DNA of 64,000 bases, taken from the IMG/VR virus record IMGVR_UViG_3300036778_000062, positions 32,001 to 96,000 of that record; one strand, written 5' to 3'. The notes beneath the pieces were generated by a model, which saw only the letters and a list, made by a program, of their open reading frames with translations, searched no databases and was not told the origin of the DNA. Shown here piece after piece: positions 43,511 through 53,503 of this stretch; the stretch's first letter is position 1, and each line of letters starts with the position of its first letter. This stretch comes from a virus. Lineage: Duplodnaviria > Caudoviricetes. Both the position numbers and the translations under genes were made by a program.

Positions 43511-44194
43511 TCAGTTCACCCATGCCGCGGCGAGCTCGTCACGCGTGCCGGCAAAGTGGTTGATGTCGATGCCCTTGGTCTTGATGCCGGGCAGAATGTG
43601 AGGAGTCGGGCCGACTCCGTCGCCCGTGAATTGCCAGATCGTAAAGTCCGACCAGGGCATCGGCTTATGGTTGTAGTCGAGCACACTCGGCGCCGACGAA
43701 TACTGACATAGCCACCAATGCCTCTTGCTGAAGAGCGCGCGGATTTCCGCTGAGGCATTCGCGAGCAGTTCCTTCGGCCGGTTGCCGCCGTACAGCCATA
43801 ACGGCCGGCCGAGCTTCTCGTCTGCGAGCTGAAGGAATTGGGCGGCCTGTGAAAGCGACATCTGGCTTGCGCGATTGTCTTCGAAGTCGAGGGCCATCAG
43901 CGTATTGGCGTCTGGCTCTGCAGCGTCGAAGAAGTGGTTCACCTGACCGGCGATGCTGTCGCCCGTGTTGAAGTGGTAGGCGCCCGTCAAGAGACCGGCA
44001 TTGCGCGCGGCCTTCACACGCGGTGCGTAAGCGGTATCGGTCATCCTGAGGCCCTGTGTTGCCTTGTGGATCAGGCCCCAGATGCCGACTTCTGCCATCG
44101 CCTTGAAATCAGACACCGGATCGCGATTGGCGATGGTGTCGCTCGTCAGAACGTCGCCGTGATAGATATCGACGACGCGGGGAACGATCTTCAT
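43511..44194 (-). CDS. Endolysin, GH25 muramidase
   Basis: VDIYH, HKATQG, GAYHF, LDFED, WQFTGDG, DIN; GGAGGAG RBS before ATG 44194. Confidence 0.93.
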   Translation of the reverse strand: MKIVPRVVDIYHGDVLTSDTIANRDPVSDFKAMAEVGIWGLIHKATQGLRMTDTAYAPRVKAARNAGLLTGAYHFNTGDSIAGQVNHFFDAAEPDANTLMALDFEDNRASQMSLSQAAQFLQLADEKLGRPLWLYGGNRPKELLANASAEIRALFSKRHWWLCQYSSAPSVLDYNHKPMPWSDFTIWQFTGDGVGPTPHILPGIKTKGIDINHFAGTRDELAAAWVN

Positions 44195-44205
44195 AACTCC
44201 TCCAA

Positions 44206-44230
44206 TAAAAAAGCCGCCCGAAGGCGGCTT
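44206..44230 (-). terminator. Terminator between tail and lysis genes
   Basis: AAGCCGCC-TTCG-GGCGGCTT-TTTT on - strand. Confidence 0.85.
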
Positions 44231-44249
44231 GGTTTGCAGATTGATGGTT

Positions 44250-44666
44250 CTAGGCAGTGGGTGGTGGTGCGCCAGCAAGTACGGCGTTGGCGCGTTCTTG
44301 GGTGAGTAGTCCGGCGGAGATGAGCGAAGCGACCCCGCCCGTCACTTCTGGATCGTCCATGTGGACGATGCCGGCCGAGCTTTCATCGTCCATGAAAATC
44401 CGAAGCTGCGGATTCGTCTGGCTCGCCTGCGTGATCGCGACGGTCTCCGCATCAGTGAACAGACGACGAAAATCGAGCGCCGCAAGCGCGAGAGGTGGAG
44501 GAGGGGGCGGAGGAGGATCTTCAACCTCCTTCACCGTGACACCAGCCGCGGCGATCTCGGCATCGCTCGCAGAGGAAAGCCAGAACGGCGGATACTTCTG
44601 ATCGCCGATCTGGAATTGATCTTGCGGTTGAACCGTCGTGCCGTCAGGCAACGTGAAGACCTTCAT
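44250..44666 (-). CDS. Tail fibre-associated small protein
   Basis: YPPFWL...; DFRRLFTDAE, GLLTQERA. Confidence 0.7.
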   Translation of the reverse strand: MKVFTLPDGTTVQPQDQFQIGDQKYPPFWLSSASDAEIAAAGVTVKEVEDPPPPPPPPLALAALDFRRLFTDAETVAITQASQTNPQLRIFMDDESSAGIVHMDDPEVTGGVASLISAGLLTQERANAVLAGAPPPTA

Positions 44667-44677
44667 TCTCAACTCTC

Positions 44678-47284
44678 CTATGGTACAGAAACGATCACGA
44701 CTCCGGAGCCGCCATTGCCGCCCGGTTGACCACCGCCGCCACCGCCGCCTGTATTCGCGGTGCCGGATACTCCCGGATTTGGATTCGCCTGCGCAGCGCC
44801 ACCGCCGCATGTCGCTCCGCCGGGGGTCGAACCCGCGCTCGTACCTGCACCGCCGCCACCCGCGTAGCAAACCGACGCGCCGGAAATACTGGACATCAAG
44901 CCGGCGCCGCCGCTACCCGCCGTTGTTGTGCTGGGAGCAGCTTGACCTGCGCCGCCAGCGCCACCACCACCACCGCCTTGAACAAAGCCCAAGAGGTTGT
45001 CGCCGCCCTTATTGCCTTGCCCGGCAGTGCCACTCGCGCCCGGTCCAGTAAAGCCGCCGCAAGATCCGCCACCAGACCCACCAACGTTTGGACCAATTCC
45101 AGCACCGCAACCTCCACCGCCTCCGATCGCAGTAAAGCCATTGAATGACGAGTTTGAACCGTTAAGGCCAACGGATCCGCTTGCGCCCGCGCCACCAGCG
45201 CCGACGACGACGGGATATGCCCCTGATGTGAGAACTGCCGAGCCGGGCAGCACGCCGCCAGCGCCACCGCCACCACCACCCGCGCCAGCGCCGCCCGCCA
45301 CGATCAGATAGTTGATCAGGCTTGCGCCGACTTGCTGATAGAACGTTCCGCTCGAATTGAAGACATAGATCGTCGGGCTCGTCAGCGGAGTCCAAGTGAT
45401 CCTGATGACGCCTTGCTTGGCATCGCCGCCGGGGCCTCCATTGTTGCCAGAACCGCCGCGTCCACCACCGCCACCGCCGCCACCATATCCAAGTGACGCG
45501 CCGCCAGCTGCACCGGGAAAAGATCCGGCTCCACCGCCACCACCGCCTCCACCGCCGCCGGTGCCAATTCCTGTTGCAAGATCGCTACCCATCGACCCGG
45601 CGCCGCCGTTGGTGCCGGCACCAAGACCGCCGCTTGCGCCGAAGCCAGCAAATCCACCACCGCCGCCGCCGCCGTTGCTGCCATCCGATCCATTCGAATT
45701 GTTGCCACCAGCGCCACCACCGGTGCCGGCCTGATTGTTGCCACCGCTGCCCCCGATCGCGGTGCCACTGACTTGCGTTTGCCCAGTAGAGCCGCCTCCA
45801 TTGCCGCCGCCACCGCTGCCGCCATTGGTGCCAACTGTATTGCCGCCAGCGGCACCAACCCCCAAAGGACCACCAGCGCCTCCGCCGCCGCCACCGCCTG
45901 CAGTGGTAAGGCCACCTGTGCCGCCAATGCCGCCGTTGAAATTTGCGGCAGCACCCGTGCCGCCCGTGCCGCCCGCACCCGCGCCACCGCCGCCGCCGCC
46001 ATTCGACGCACCAGCGATACCAGCGCCACCACCGTTCGCTGTGCATGCGCCCGTGAATGAAGTGCTTGTACCCGCCGTCCCGTTCGTAGCTATCGCACCA
46101 CCGCTGCCGCCCGTGCCGATGGTGAAAGCAACGCTCGTGCTTGGTGTCAGACTGACATTAGCCGACTTGCGGTATTCACCACCACCACCGCCGCCGCCCG
46201 ACGCCGCGCTATTGGTGCCGCCACCACCGCCACCACCGCCACCACCAATGCACTCAATCGAATTGTCGCTGTTGTTAAAGTTGAGCGGGACAGTCCAACT
46301 GCCCGACGAAGTCAGAAGAACGCTGACTTGCGCCGTATAGGCAACGATGACGACACCGGAGCCACCGTTGCCACCTGCTGCTCCTACGACTTGTTGAGAG
46401 CCACCACCTCCGCCGCCGCCGGTGTTTGCCGTTCCAGGCGATCCGGGCTGAGCCGTGCCGCTGATCGAGATGCCGCCTGCACCTCCACCACCTGTACCGC
46501 CCGCACCGTTCGTGCTTCCCGCATTGACACCGTTTTGTCCGCCGCCACCACCACCGCCGTAGGTGAGCGACGTCCCCGTAATGGATGATGCGCATCCATT
46601 ACCGCCGTTGCCCCCATTGCTGGTTGAAGACCCGGTACCACCATTGCTGCCAACTGCGTTGCAGCCGCCACCTCCGGACCCGCCTGTATCGGTGGCCGCG
46701 CCTTGATCGCCACCTTTGTGGCCAGCAGAACCAGCGCCACCACTGAGAGGGCCGCCACTCACCCAGCCGGCAGCACCGCCACCGCTCGCGCCGCCAAGGC
46801 CATTACCGAATGATCCTCCACCACCGCCGCCGATCGCGGACGCGACCCCGGCAATAGATGATGATGAACCGTTCGATCCCGCCACGCTGCTGGAAGAACC
46901 ACCCGCGCCACCACCACCAATAGTGACGCTGTAAGAGCCGGCAATAAGATTTGTCGATCCGGGGTTAACCTGTCCAGCACCACCACCACCACCAGCACCG
47001 ATGTTTGTCGCCCCGGCACCGCCACCACCACCACCGCCGACAACAATATAGTTGACGTTGCCCGAGCCGGTGCATGTCAACGTAGCGCTCGAATTGAAGA
47101 CATGAATGCGGGTCGCGCCGAAGGCGGAGATAGTGCCGCCCGTGCATGAGATATTTTGTGTGCTGCTGCTGAGTTGCGCCATCAGCATGGGTTGAAATGT
47201 GCCGGGCATATTGGCCTGCGCGGCGGACAGGAGCGCCAGCCAGGGCGCGACAACGAACGCGAGAACAGCTCTACGGAACGTCAT
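44678..47284 (-). CDS. Glycine-rich adhesin with three tandem polyglycine domains and a signal peptide
   Basis: Three modules starting (F/L)xSS..VGGGGG and ending G.SGVVIV/GVIRI; N-terminal MTFRRAVLAFVVAPWLALLSAAQA. Confidence 0.88.
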   Translation of the reverse strand: MTFRRAVLAFVVAPWLALLSAAQANMPGTFQPMLMAQLSSSTQNISCTGGTISAFGATRIHVFNSSATLTCTGSGNVNYIVVGGGGGGGAGATNIGAGGGGGAGQVNPGSTNLIAGSYSVTIGGGGAGGSSSSVAGSNGSSSSIAGVASAIGGGGGGSFGNGLGGASGGGAAGWVSGGPLSGGAGSAGHKGGDQGAATDTGGSGGGGCNAVGSNGGTGSSTSNGGNGGNGCASSITGTSLTYGGGGGGGQNGVNAGSTNGAGGTGGGGAGGISISGTAQPGSPGTANTGGGGGGGSQQVVGAAGGNGGSGVVIVAYTAQVSVLLTSSGSWTVPLNFNNSDNSIECIGGGGGGGGGGTNSAASGGGGGGGEYRKSANVSLTPSTSVAFTIGTGGSGGAIATNGTAGTSTSFTGACTANGGGAGIAGASNGGGGGGAGAGGTGGTGAAANFNGGIGGTGGLTTAGGGGGGGAGGPLGVGAAGGNTVGTNGGSGGGGNGGGSTGQTQVSGTAIGGSGGNNQAGTGGGAGGNNSNGSDGSNGGGGGGGFAGFGASGGLGAGTNGGAGSMGSDLATGIGTGGGGGGGGGGAGSFPGAAGGASLGYGGGGGGGGRGGSGNNGGPGGDAKQGVIRITWTPLTSPTIYVFNSSGTFYQQVGASLINYLIVAGGAGAGGGGGGAGGVLPGSAVLTSGAYPVVVGAGGAGASGSVGLNGSNSSFNGFTAIGGGGGCGAGIGPNVGGSGGGSCGGFTGPGASGTAGQGNKGGDNLLGFVQGGGGGGAGGAGQAAPSTTTAGSGGAGLMSSISGASVCYAGGGGAGTSAGSTPGGATCGGGAAQANPNPGVSGTANTGGGGGGGQPGGNGGSGVVIVSVP

Positions 47285-47287
47285 GTA

Positions 47288-48583
47288 TCACTTCACATTC
47301 TGAAGGAGAGAGGCTGCGCAAAAGTTGACCGTGATGCAGGATCCTTCGAGTACGTCGACCGCACCAGCTATGGTCGACAGCGTCGGGGTAACGCCTCCGG
47401 GAAATTTCAACAGACTGTTCCAGACGGTCGAGCGCCCACCCGTGGAATCTTGAATAAACCTGATCTGGAATGATTTCCCGACCATAGGCGTGAAGTTCAT
47501 CGTGGTGATGTTGCCGGTCAGCGTGACAGCCGCGTTGATGAACGTCGTGGTGTCGATGCTGATGGTCGAACCAAAGGTGATGGTGGCTTCGGCCGAGTAG
47601 ATCACGCTCGCCGGCACGAGCACACTCGACGCGCCACTCTGATACTGCGATCCGGTTGCCACCGCAGCGGTCGCCATATCAGCGAAGGTTACAAGGCCGG
47701 CTGCGCTGAACGAGCTGTGAACTGTGAGGCCGCCGCCGCCAGCGCCGACATCAACCGTCCCGGTCGAACCTCCATTGCCGATAAGAATGATGCCGCTGCC
47801 CTTGGCATTGAGCGAAAGATTTTCATTAGTGGCCGTCGATGTCGTGTTGAGGCCCGTGCCGCTTCCAGCAGCGTTGCCGACGATTTGTAGGCCTGTGGCC
47901 TGATTGGTTCTGGAGCCGTCAACAGTGAGCACGGGATTGGTCGCGCCATTGGCGCCGACCGCGAGCGCGGTCGACGAGTTCGACTGGATGGCTGTCGGTC
48001 CCTTCACCGCGAGCACGTTGCCGCCGATCGTCGCGCCGCCAAGCGAGAGCGATCCGGAGAGCACCGCATTTACGCCGCCGATCGTTCCCGTGAATGTCGG
48101 GCCGGCAGTCATCGCGACGCTGCCAGTGCCGGAGATCGTGTATTCGTCGAGAACACCAGCGTTATCGAAGAGCACACGCGCGCTCGTGCCTCCGATGACG
48201 TCAGTGATGCCGACCGTCATAGACGCCGCAGTCGCGGTCAGCAGGTCGATTGTCGTGCCGTTCACCTGCGCAAAGACGCCGGAAGAAGTCATCCACAGAT
48301 CGCCATCTGCGGGCTGCGCGGGCGTCGTGCCTGGGGTTAGATTGAAACCGGCCGTCTGCGCGCCGGGCGGTGCCGTGACAAGCCGCCCGGTCATGATCCC
48401 GCCGGCGGTGTTCAGCGGGACGTAACCCAAATCATCCTGCTTGGACGCGAAATAGCTATTCCACTGCGCCGCGGTCGGCACCTGACCGTTCTGCAGGTTT
48501 GGCGAGGACCCCGCGATCGCTGGCAAGCCAGCAGCCATCGCTAGTCCGGACGCGAGCGCGACCGACTTCAATAACGTCTTCAT
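47288..48583 (-). CDS. Tail fibre-like protein with signal peptide
   Basis: MKTLLKSVALASGLAMAAGLPAIA; C-terminal IQDSTGGRSTVW...KFPGGVTPTLST...VDVL fibre-end domain. Confidence 0.8.
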   Translation of the reverse strand: MKTLLKSVALASGLAMAAGLPAIAGSSPNLQNGQVPTAAQWNSYFASKQDDLGYVPLNTAGGIMTGRLVTAPPGAQTAGFNLTPGTTPAQPADGDLWMTSSGVFAQVNGTTIDLLTATAASMTVGITDVIGGTSARVLFDNAGVLDEYTISGTGSVAMTAGPTFTGTIGGVNAVLSGSLSLGGATIGGNVLAVKGPTAIQSNSSTALAVGANGATNPVLTVDGSRTNQATGLQIVGNAAGSGTGLNTTSTATNENLSLNAKGSGIILIGNGGSTGTVDVGAGGGGLTVHSSFSAAGLVTFADMATAAVATGSQYQSGASSVLVPASVIYSAEATITFGSTISIDTTTFINAAVTLTGNITTMNFTPMVGKSFQIRFIQDSTGGRSTVWNSLLKFPGGVTPTLSTIAGAVDVLEGSCITVNFCAASLLQNVK

Positions 48584-48596
48584 TTCTGATGATCCG

Positions 48597-49247
48597 TTAG
48601 AAGGAAGGCGTCTTCCAGGAACCGATGGTATCGGCGGTTAAGTCCTCGATGTCGTGGGACGCCTGCGCGGCCGCCCGCTCGATGGCGTCGATCTGCTGGC
48701 GCCGCTGCTGTTGATCGTCGAGGAAATGCTGGTCAGATGGAGAGCGATTCTGACGAATGGCCGCCATCACCTGATCGGGCTTGGTGGTTGCCTTGCTGAA
48801 CCATCCAAGCTTGTTCATGGCAGCCTGATAGGCATCATTTTCCACTTTTGCGAGGTCGTTCTCGCGCATGCCGAACAGGCGCCGCTTTCCGGCTGGCAAA
48901 ATCTTCGAAATCGCAATCTGCTCGGCATGGTAAAGCAGGCTCAATAAATTGAGCTTGGCGGCCGCAAGTGCCTGCTGCGGGTCTGGTGGATCGATCGATG
49001 GACTATCGTCGACGATCTCAAAATTTGCTTCGTCATTTTCGTCGATAGACTTCTCGATCGCGATGTGGGCGCGTGGCCGCGGATAAGCAATGTGACGCTG
49101 GAACGGGGCTAACTCGGAGTTCGCCTCATCCTGCTTTACGCGGCTCATGTGCGTGCGCCATGCCTTCAACTCAACTGCGTGAGACGCGGCCTTGCCAGCG
49201 AAGTCTTCAATGCCAACGATTTCCGAGAGCTTGATCTTATGCTTCAT
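48597..49247 (-). CDS. Tail fibre assembly protein
   Basis: Follows fibre; helical; DIEDLTADTIGSWK. Confidence 0.6.
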   Translation of the reverse strand: MKHKIKLSEIVGIEDFAGKAASHAVELKAWRTHMSRVKQDEANSELAPFQRHIAYPRPRAHIAIEKSIDENDEANFEIVDDSPSIDPPDPQQALAAAKLNLLSLLYHAEQIAISKILPAGKRRLFGMRENDLAKVENDAYQAAMNKLGWFSKATTKPDQVMAAIRQNRSPSDQHFLDDQQQRRQQIDAIERAAAQASHDIEDLTADTIGSWKTPSF

Positions 49248-50389
49248 AGCGCAAGGTTCCAAAACGCACCCACAGATCGCTCGACATTGTTGTGTGAGCC
49301 ATTTCCTGTATTCGTGGATGATACCGATCCAGAGACAGAGCCGCTGACGGTACCGGAGACGTTCGCGGTCCCCGAAAAGGTGCCGCTAACGCTCGCATTA
49401 CCTCCTAAGCCGAAGTTGCCCCCGCCGCCGACACCGCCCGAACCCTGCGTGGCACCGAGAATAACCGCACTGGTCGAACCAGAAATCGACCCGGAGCAAC
49501 CACCGGACATCGAGCCTGACATCGAACCCGACATCGAACCGGAGGAGTTAATGCCGGGGATTTGCGAGGCAGCGAGGGTTACAAGATTTCCGCCAAGGAT
49601 CGACCCGGGCGTGGTGGTGTTGCCGGAGACGACGGTGACGCCATTCAAAAGTGCAGTTACCCCGCCGCCCATCGTATCTACGCCAATGAGCCCGGTACCT
49701 TGAAGCGCCGGCGTCGTAAGTCGTCGGTTGGCTGCGAAATCAGCGAATGGATTTGCTCCTCGTGCGACCGGTGCTCCGGCGCTGGTTAGAAGAGGGCATT
49801 GCGAATTGGAGAATTGCAGCCAAACTGCGCAGAACAAGAAAAACGTTGAGGCGTTTGCAACGTTAGCGCCGGACGCGGCGTTGCCGACGGTCTGGCCGTT
49901 CGCGGTGACGAAGCCGCTTGGATTCAGGGTGGACGAAAACGATGGAACGGGCGTTCCGCTAACGATCTGCCCGGGCTTCGTGACCCAATTTGCTGCCGCT
50001 CCGCTTAGATCGTCCGGGTTCGTCAGGTTGTTGTCGACGGTTGACATCCATTCCTTGCCGAGCACAAGGCCCGAACGCAGCACCGCACCCTTCGGATATC
50101 CGCCAATCGCTGAAGCAAAATCGGCGTCATAGCTGTAGCCCATCCCAGCTTCAGCCCATTGCAGGGCCGCCGAAATCTGCTGGAAGATGCCGTTGAAGTC
50201 GGAGCCGAATGGCGGGACGCCGCCGGCAGCGATCGGATCGAAGTTGAGCGGCACCCATCCATCATGCAGCGAGGCCGCACCGTTCTGGATGCCGATTTGC
50301 GAGTCGACGGGAATCGGCCGGATGAATGCGGCGCTGGCGAATTGCGCCCACAGCACGGGAAACTTGCTGGGGATCGACGTGGAGAGCAT
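49244..50389 (-). CDS. Baseplate-attached tail fibre
   Basis: GGVPPFGSDFNGI, IGGYPKGAVL, collar-like ANGQTVG, SHNNV. Confidence 0.88.
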   Translation of the reverse strand: MLSTSIPSKFPVLWAQFASAAFIRPIPVDSQIGIQNGAASLHDGWVPLNFDPIAAGGVPPFGSDFNGIFQQISAALQWAEAGMGYSYDADFASAIGGYPKGAVLRSGLVLGKEWMSTVDNNLTNPDDLSGAAANWVTKPGQIVSGTPVPSFSSTLNPSGFVTANGQTVGNAASGANVANASTFFLFCAVWLQFSNSQCPLLTSAGAPVARGANPFADFAANRRLTTPALQGTGLIGVDTMGGGVTALLNGVTVVSGNTTTPGSILGGNLVTLAASQIPGINSSGSMSGSMSGSMSGGCSGSISGSTSAVILGATQGSGGVGGGGNFGLGGNASVSGTFSGTANVSGTVSGSVSGSVSSTNTGNGSHNNVERSVGAFWNLAL

Positions 50390-50399
50390 GGGCGATCTT

Positions 50400-51059
50400 T
50401 CAGAGAGGTGTCATGACAGCGACGTCCACGCCGGACGGCCGCGGCAGCACGCCGGACTGTTCGACGATCGCAAGTTCGAGCGGCGATAGGGCGAAATCGA
50501 ATTTTTGGACCATCGTCATATCGCGGTTGTCGACGACGTAGCAGTTGCCGCGTCCCGGAAAGAGGCTGCGCAGGATCTGGTTGATGGACTTGATCGAGCC
50601 GTCCGTGATGTTGAACAGCGCCTTGGCGAAGATCAGGATCCGGTAGGAGCTGTCCGCGAGCACGAAGTTGTTCGTCAGCGGCTGGCCTTGGAAGAACGGC
50701 GCTTGGCCGAACGGTTGCGAACCAGGTTGCGCCTCCTCCATGCCGAGATAGATATCGCTCTCTGGGACGCTGAGTGTGCGCGAGACGTTGACGATATCGC
50801 CCCAGATGTCGAGGCCATAGCCGACTGCGGTTGCAATGTTGAAAATATCGTCAAAGAACGCGGTGATGTTGGATGTCTGGTCGACGCACTGGAAGACGTT
50901 GTAGATTAGCTCGATGATGATCGGGCTGTTTGCGTATTGTGAGATAACCGTCTTCCAGAAGTCGAAATCCGGAATCGGTCCGATCGGCGAGACGCCGATG
51001 ATAAACTTGCCGATCGCATTGGATCCCGGTCGCGGCCGGTTAATATCCGGCCCGCTCAC
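50400..51059 (-). CDS. Baseplate wedge protein (DUF2612-like)
   Basis: ISQYANSP, TAVGYGLDIWG.IV, LPRPSGV. Confidence 0.85.
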   Translation of the reverse strand: MSGPDINRPRPGSNAIGKFIIGVSPIGPIPDFDFWKTVISQYANSPIIIELIYNVFQCVDQTSNITAFFDDIFNIATAVGYGLDIWGDIVNVSRTLSVPESDIYLGMEEAQPGSQPFGQAPFFQGQPLTNNFVLADSSYRILIFAKALFNITDGSIKSINQILRSLFPGRGNCYVVDNRDMTMVQKFDFALSPLELAIVEQSGVLPRPSGVDVAVMTPL

Positions 51060-52477
51060 GTTAGGCTCACCTTGATGTTCGTCGCGTTGATCGTCGGCAC
51101 CTGGTCTATGTTGACCGTGACGTCATTGCGGTTCGCCAACGAACCGAACATCGTGGTAGAGCTTACGGTCTGCGACACGCTCACCGTCCAGGTCGTGCCG
51201 CTTCCGGCGGTGATTACCGTTCCCGGCAGCACGATGCCATCGACATCGGAAACCGTCTGGCCGATCGCGACCGCTCCGGAGGCTGTCGCGCTGACGGTCA
51301 GCGTCGTGTTGGCGATCGCGCCGGTGAACGTCGCGCTCGAATTATTCGATGAGCCGACCTGCAAGGAGATGATCTGCGCCCACGTGCCCAGCGCGATGAT
51401 CGACGGCGCATAGCGCAGCGAGAATACGGTGGAGCCGATCCGCGCGCGCTCGCCACCGTCGCCGCCTGCGAACGCGCTGATGATCGCGTTTTGGATCTGG
51501 GTGACGGCGTCGGCCGGGACTTGGCTGTTGTTGAGGATAGTGACCGCGAACAGGATCGGCAGGCCAGACGGCCGTTCGAAAGTGATGTCCCAAGTCGGCA
51601 GAGGAGGCGCGTAGAGAGCTGAATCACCGACCACGGTAACGTCGGTGTTGCCGTTCATGTCGCAGCCGGGGGGCTTCTTGCTCCAGATGGCGGTTGCTAC
51701 GTCCAAGTCGGTCGCGCCGACCGCGGCGATATAGATCGAATGCGGGAGCAACGAGACGCCGCCGATAGTCTGGTTGGTGCCCTTTGGATTGTCGGTGACA
51801 TATGCGTCGAGCACATCCTTGACGCTCAACACCACGCCCATCACCGCCTCGTTAGTGTTGGACGAGTTGGCCGCGACCGACGCGCGCCGCCGTGCCTCGA
51901 ATTGTTGCCGGCTCTCGACATTGGCACCGAGCACACCATCGTCTGGGTTGGTGATGGTGTCCCAGCCGTTGATGGCGCGATATATCTCGGTCAGCGTGCC
52001 GGCCGGGCAGGCTATCGGCCCCAACGTCTGATTTGCGAACGTCAGGCTGATGCTGCCGGTCTCAGGGATCGTGCCGCCATCGGTGCAGGAATAGATGTTG
52101 CCCGATATGTCTCGCGCGAGCGAGCCGACCGGAATGAGAACGCCGGCGCCTCCTGTGCAGGTGCAGCTGACCGTCGTCGGCTCGGATGGATTCCGGAGCA
52201 GGAAATAGATAGAACCAATGGCGTCCTGATATCGCCCCGACGCGAAGTCGGGGTTCATCTGGTTCGATAGCGTGATGAAGCTGTCGTAGGCGGCCGCGAT
52301 GATTGCGGCGATCGACGACGCTAGCTGGCCTTGCGGCGTTGAGAGGGACGGATTGAGGCCGCCGCCGAACGCTGCATTGATATCGGCCTGTACGCCAGCG
52401 AGGATCTGATCCTGCGTTGGCGCGACAAATCCCTGCGCCGTGAACGTGATCGGCGGAACGTTCGTGGTGATCGCCAT
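51056..52477 (-). CDS. Baseplate J-like protein
   Basis: STPQGQLA, NPDFASGRYQDAIG, PHSIY, KKPPGC. Confidence 0.9.
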   Translation of the reverse strand: MAITTNVPPITFTAQGFVAPTQDQILAGVQADINAAFGGGLNPSLSTPQGQLASSIAAIIAAAYDSFITLSNQMNPDFASGRYQDAIGSIYFLLRNPSEPTTVSCTCTGGAGVLIPVGSLARDISGNIYSCTDGGTIPETGSISLTFANQTLGPIACPAGTLTEIYRAINGWDTITNPDDGVLGANVESRQQFEARRRASVAANSSNTNEAVMGVVLSVKDVLDAYVTDNPKGTNQTIGGVSLLPHSIYIAAVGATDLDVATAIWSKKPPGCDMNGNTDVTVVGDSALYAPPLPTWDITFERPSGLPILFAVTILNNSQVPADAVTQIQNAIISAFAGGDGGERARIGSTVFSLRYAPSIIALGTWAQIISLQVGSSNNSSATFTGAIANTTLTVSATASGAVAIGQTVSDVDGIVLPGTVITAGSGTTWTVSVSQTVSSTTMFGSLANRNDVTVNIDQVPTINATNIKVSLT

Positions 52478-52478
52478 T

Positions 52479-52829
52479 TCAGAAATTCGCAGCCGCTGTG
52501 TTGCCGGCCTGATCAAGGATCTGGACCTGCCCGTGAACCTCGCGATTGACGATCGAGGTGATGAAGACGTTCGCAGCCTTGACGCCCGGCACTGTCAGAG
52601 CGGCAGCGCCGAACTTCGCTTTCATGAGCGAGATATTCGGAGGCTTGCCGAAAATCTGCTGGAAGTAGGGGATTCCCTGTGTCGTGTCGTACCAAAGCTC
52701 GGCCTGGAAGAGCTTGATTGCGCTGGCCGCATCCTGCGCTAGGGAATACGGATCGGACGCGACCGCAATATTGCCAGCAGCATCCTTCGTGAGGTCCCAG
52801 GTTTGCGGATTGAGCAGAAGCGTCTTCAT
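52479..52829 (-). CDS. Baseplate gp25-like sheath initiator
   Basis: WDL..DAAGNIA, LFQAELWYDTTQGIPY. Confidence 0.8.
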   Translation of the reverse strand: MKTLLLNPQTWDLTKDAAGNIAVASDPYSLAQDAASAIKLFQAELWYDTTQGIPYFQQIFGKPPNISLMKAKFGAAALTVPGVKAANVFITSIVNREVHGQVQILDQAGNTAAANF

Positions 52830-53503
52830 CAGTGCCCCGCGATCGGCGGCTGGTTGTTACCAGCGTGTTCGTGGCCGATTAGCGTGACCTTGGCGGCACC
52901 GGTCTTCGCCTGCACATCCGTACCTGCGAAGACTGTTCCGGCTACCGTCAGGTCGCCGTCGATTGAGCCGTCGGCTTTGATCTTCAAACCATTCAGCGCA
53001 ATGCCGTCGTTGCCGGATTTGACGTCGATGCCGTGCTCGGTGAACCGCAGGTATTGCGTCGGCGCGTCTCCGAACAGGCCACCGATATAGACGCCATCCG
53101 ACATGCTGAATTTGCGTCTCGATCCTGGCTGCGACTCCTTGCCTTTGGTCGACTTCACCACCGATATGTCACGATCGGAGACTGCCATCCAGCCGATATC
53201 ACCGACGACCGGATCGACGATTAGAGCGCCCCATTTGCTCATCACTCGAAAGACGGGAACGTTGAAGACCGTCCCGTGCGAAGAGACATTGTTCTGGCCA
53301 TCAACGATCTTGGTCAGCGGCAGCACATTGACGGTGCCCGGCGCGGCGATGGCGCCGGCGCCACCACCGACCGCGATCACCTTGACCAGCACGATGGTGC
53401 GAACGCGGGCTAACGTTCGGTCGATCTGGAATTGAAGTGCGCGGAAGTCTGATGCGCTATCGTCCGGATCCTGCTGACTATAGCCGGAGGTCGAGTCAGC
53501 CAT
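52829..53503 (-). CDS. Baseplate spike (gp138/gpV-like)
   Basis: DPVVGDIG...SDRDIS, R.FSMSDG, C-terminal HEH. Confidence 0.88.
   Translation of the reverse strand: MADSTSGYSQQDPDDSASDFRALQFQIDRTLARVRTIVLVKVIAVGGGAGAIAAPGTVNVLPLTKIVDGQNNVSSHGTVFNVPVFRVMSKWGALIVDPVVGDIGWMAVSDRDISVVKSTKGKESQPGSRRKFSMSDGVYIGGLFGDAPTQYLRFTEHGIDVKSGNDGIALNGLKIKADGSIDGDLTVAGTVFAGTDVQAKTGAAKVTLIGHEHAGNNQPPIAGH

Noticed and set aside
44726-46934. Pro-rich + strand ORFs and Arg/Trp-rich alternative-frame ORFs
   Set aside because: Shadows of the GGC/GGT-rich adhesin gene on the - strand.
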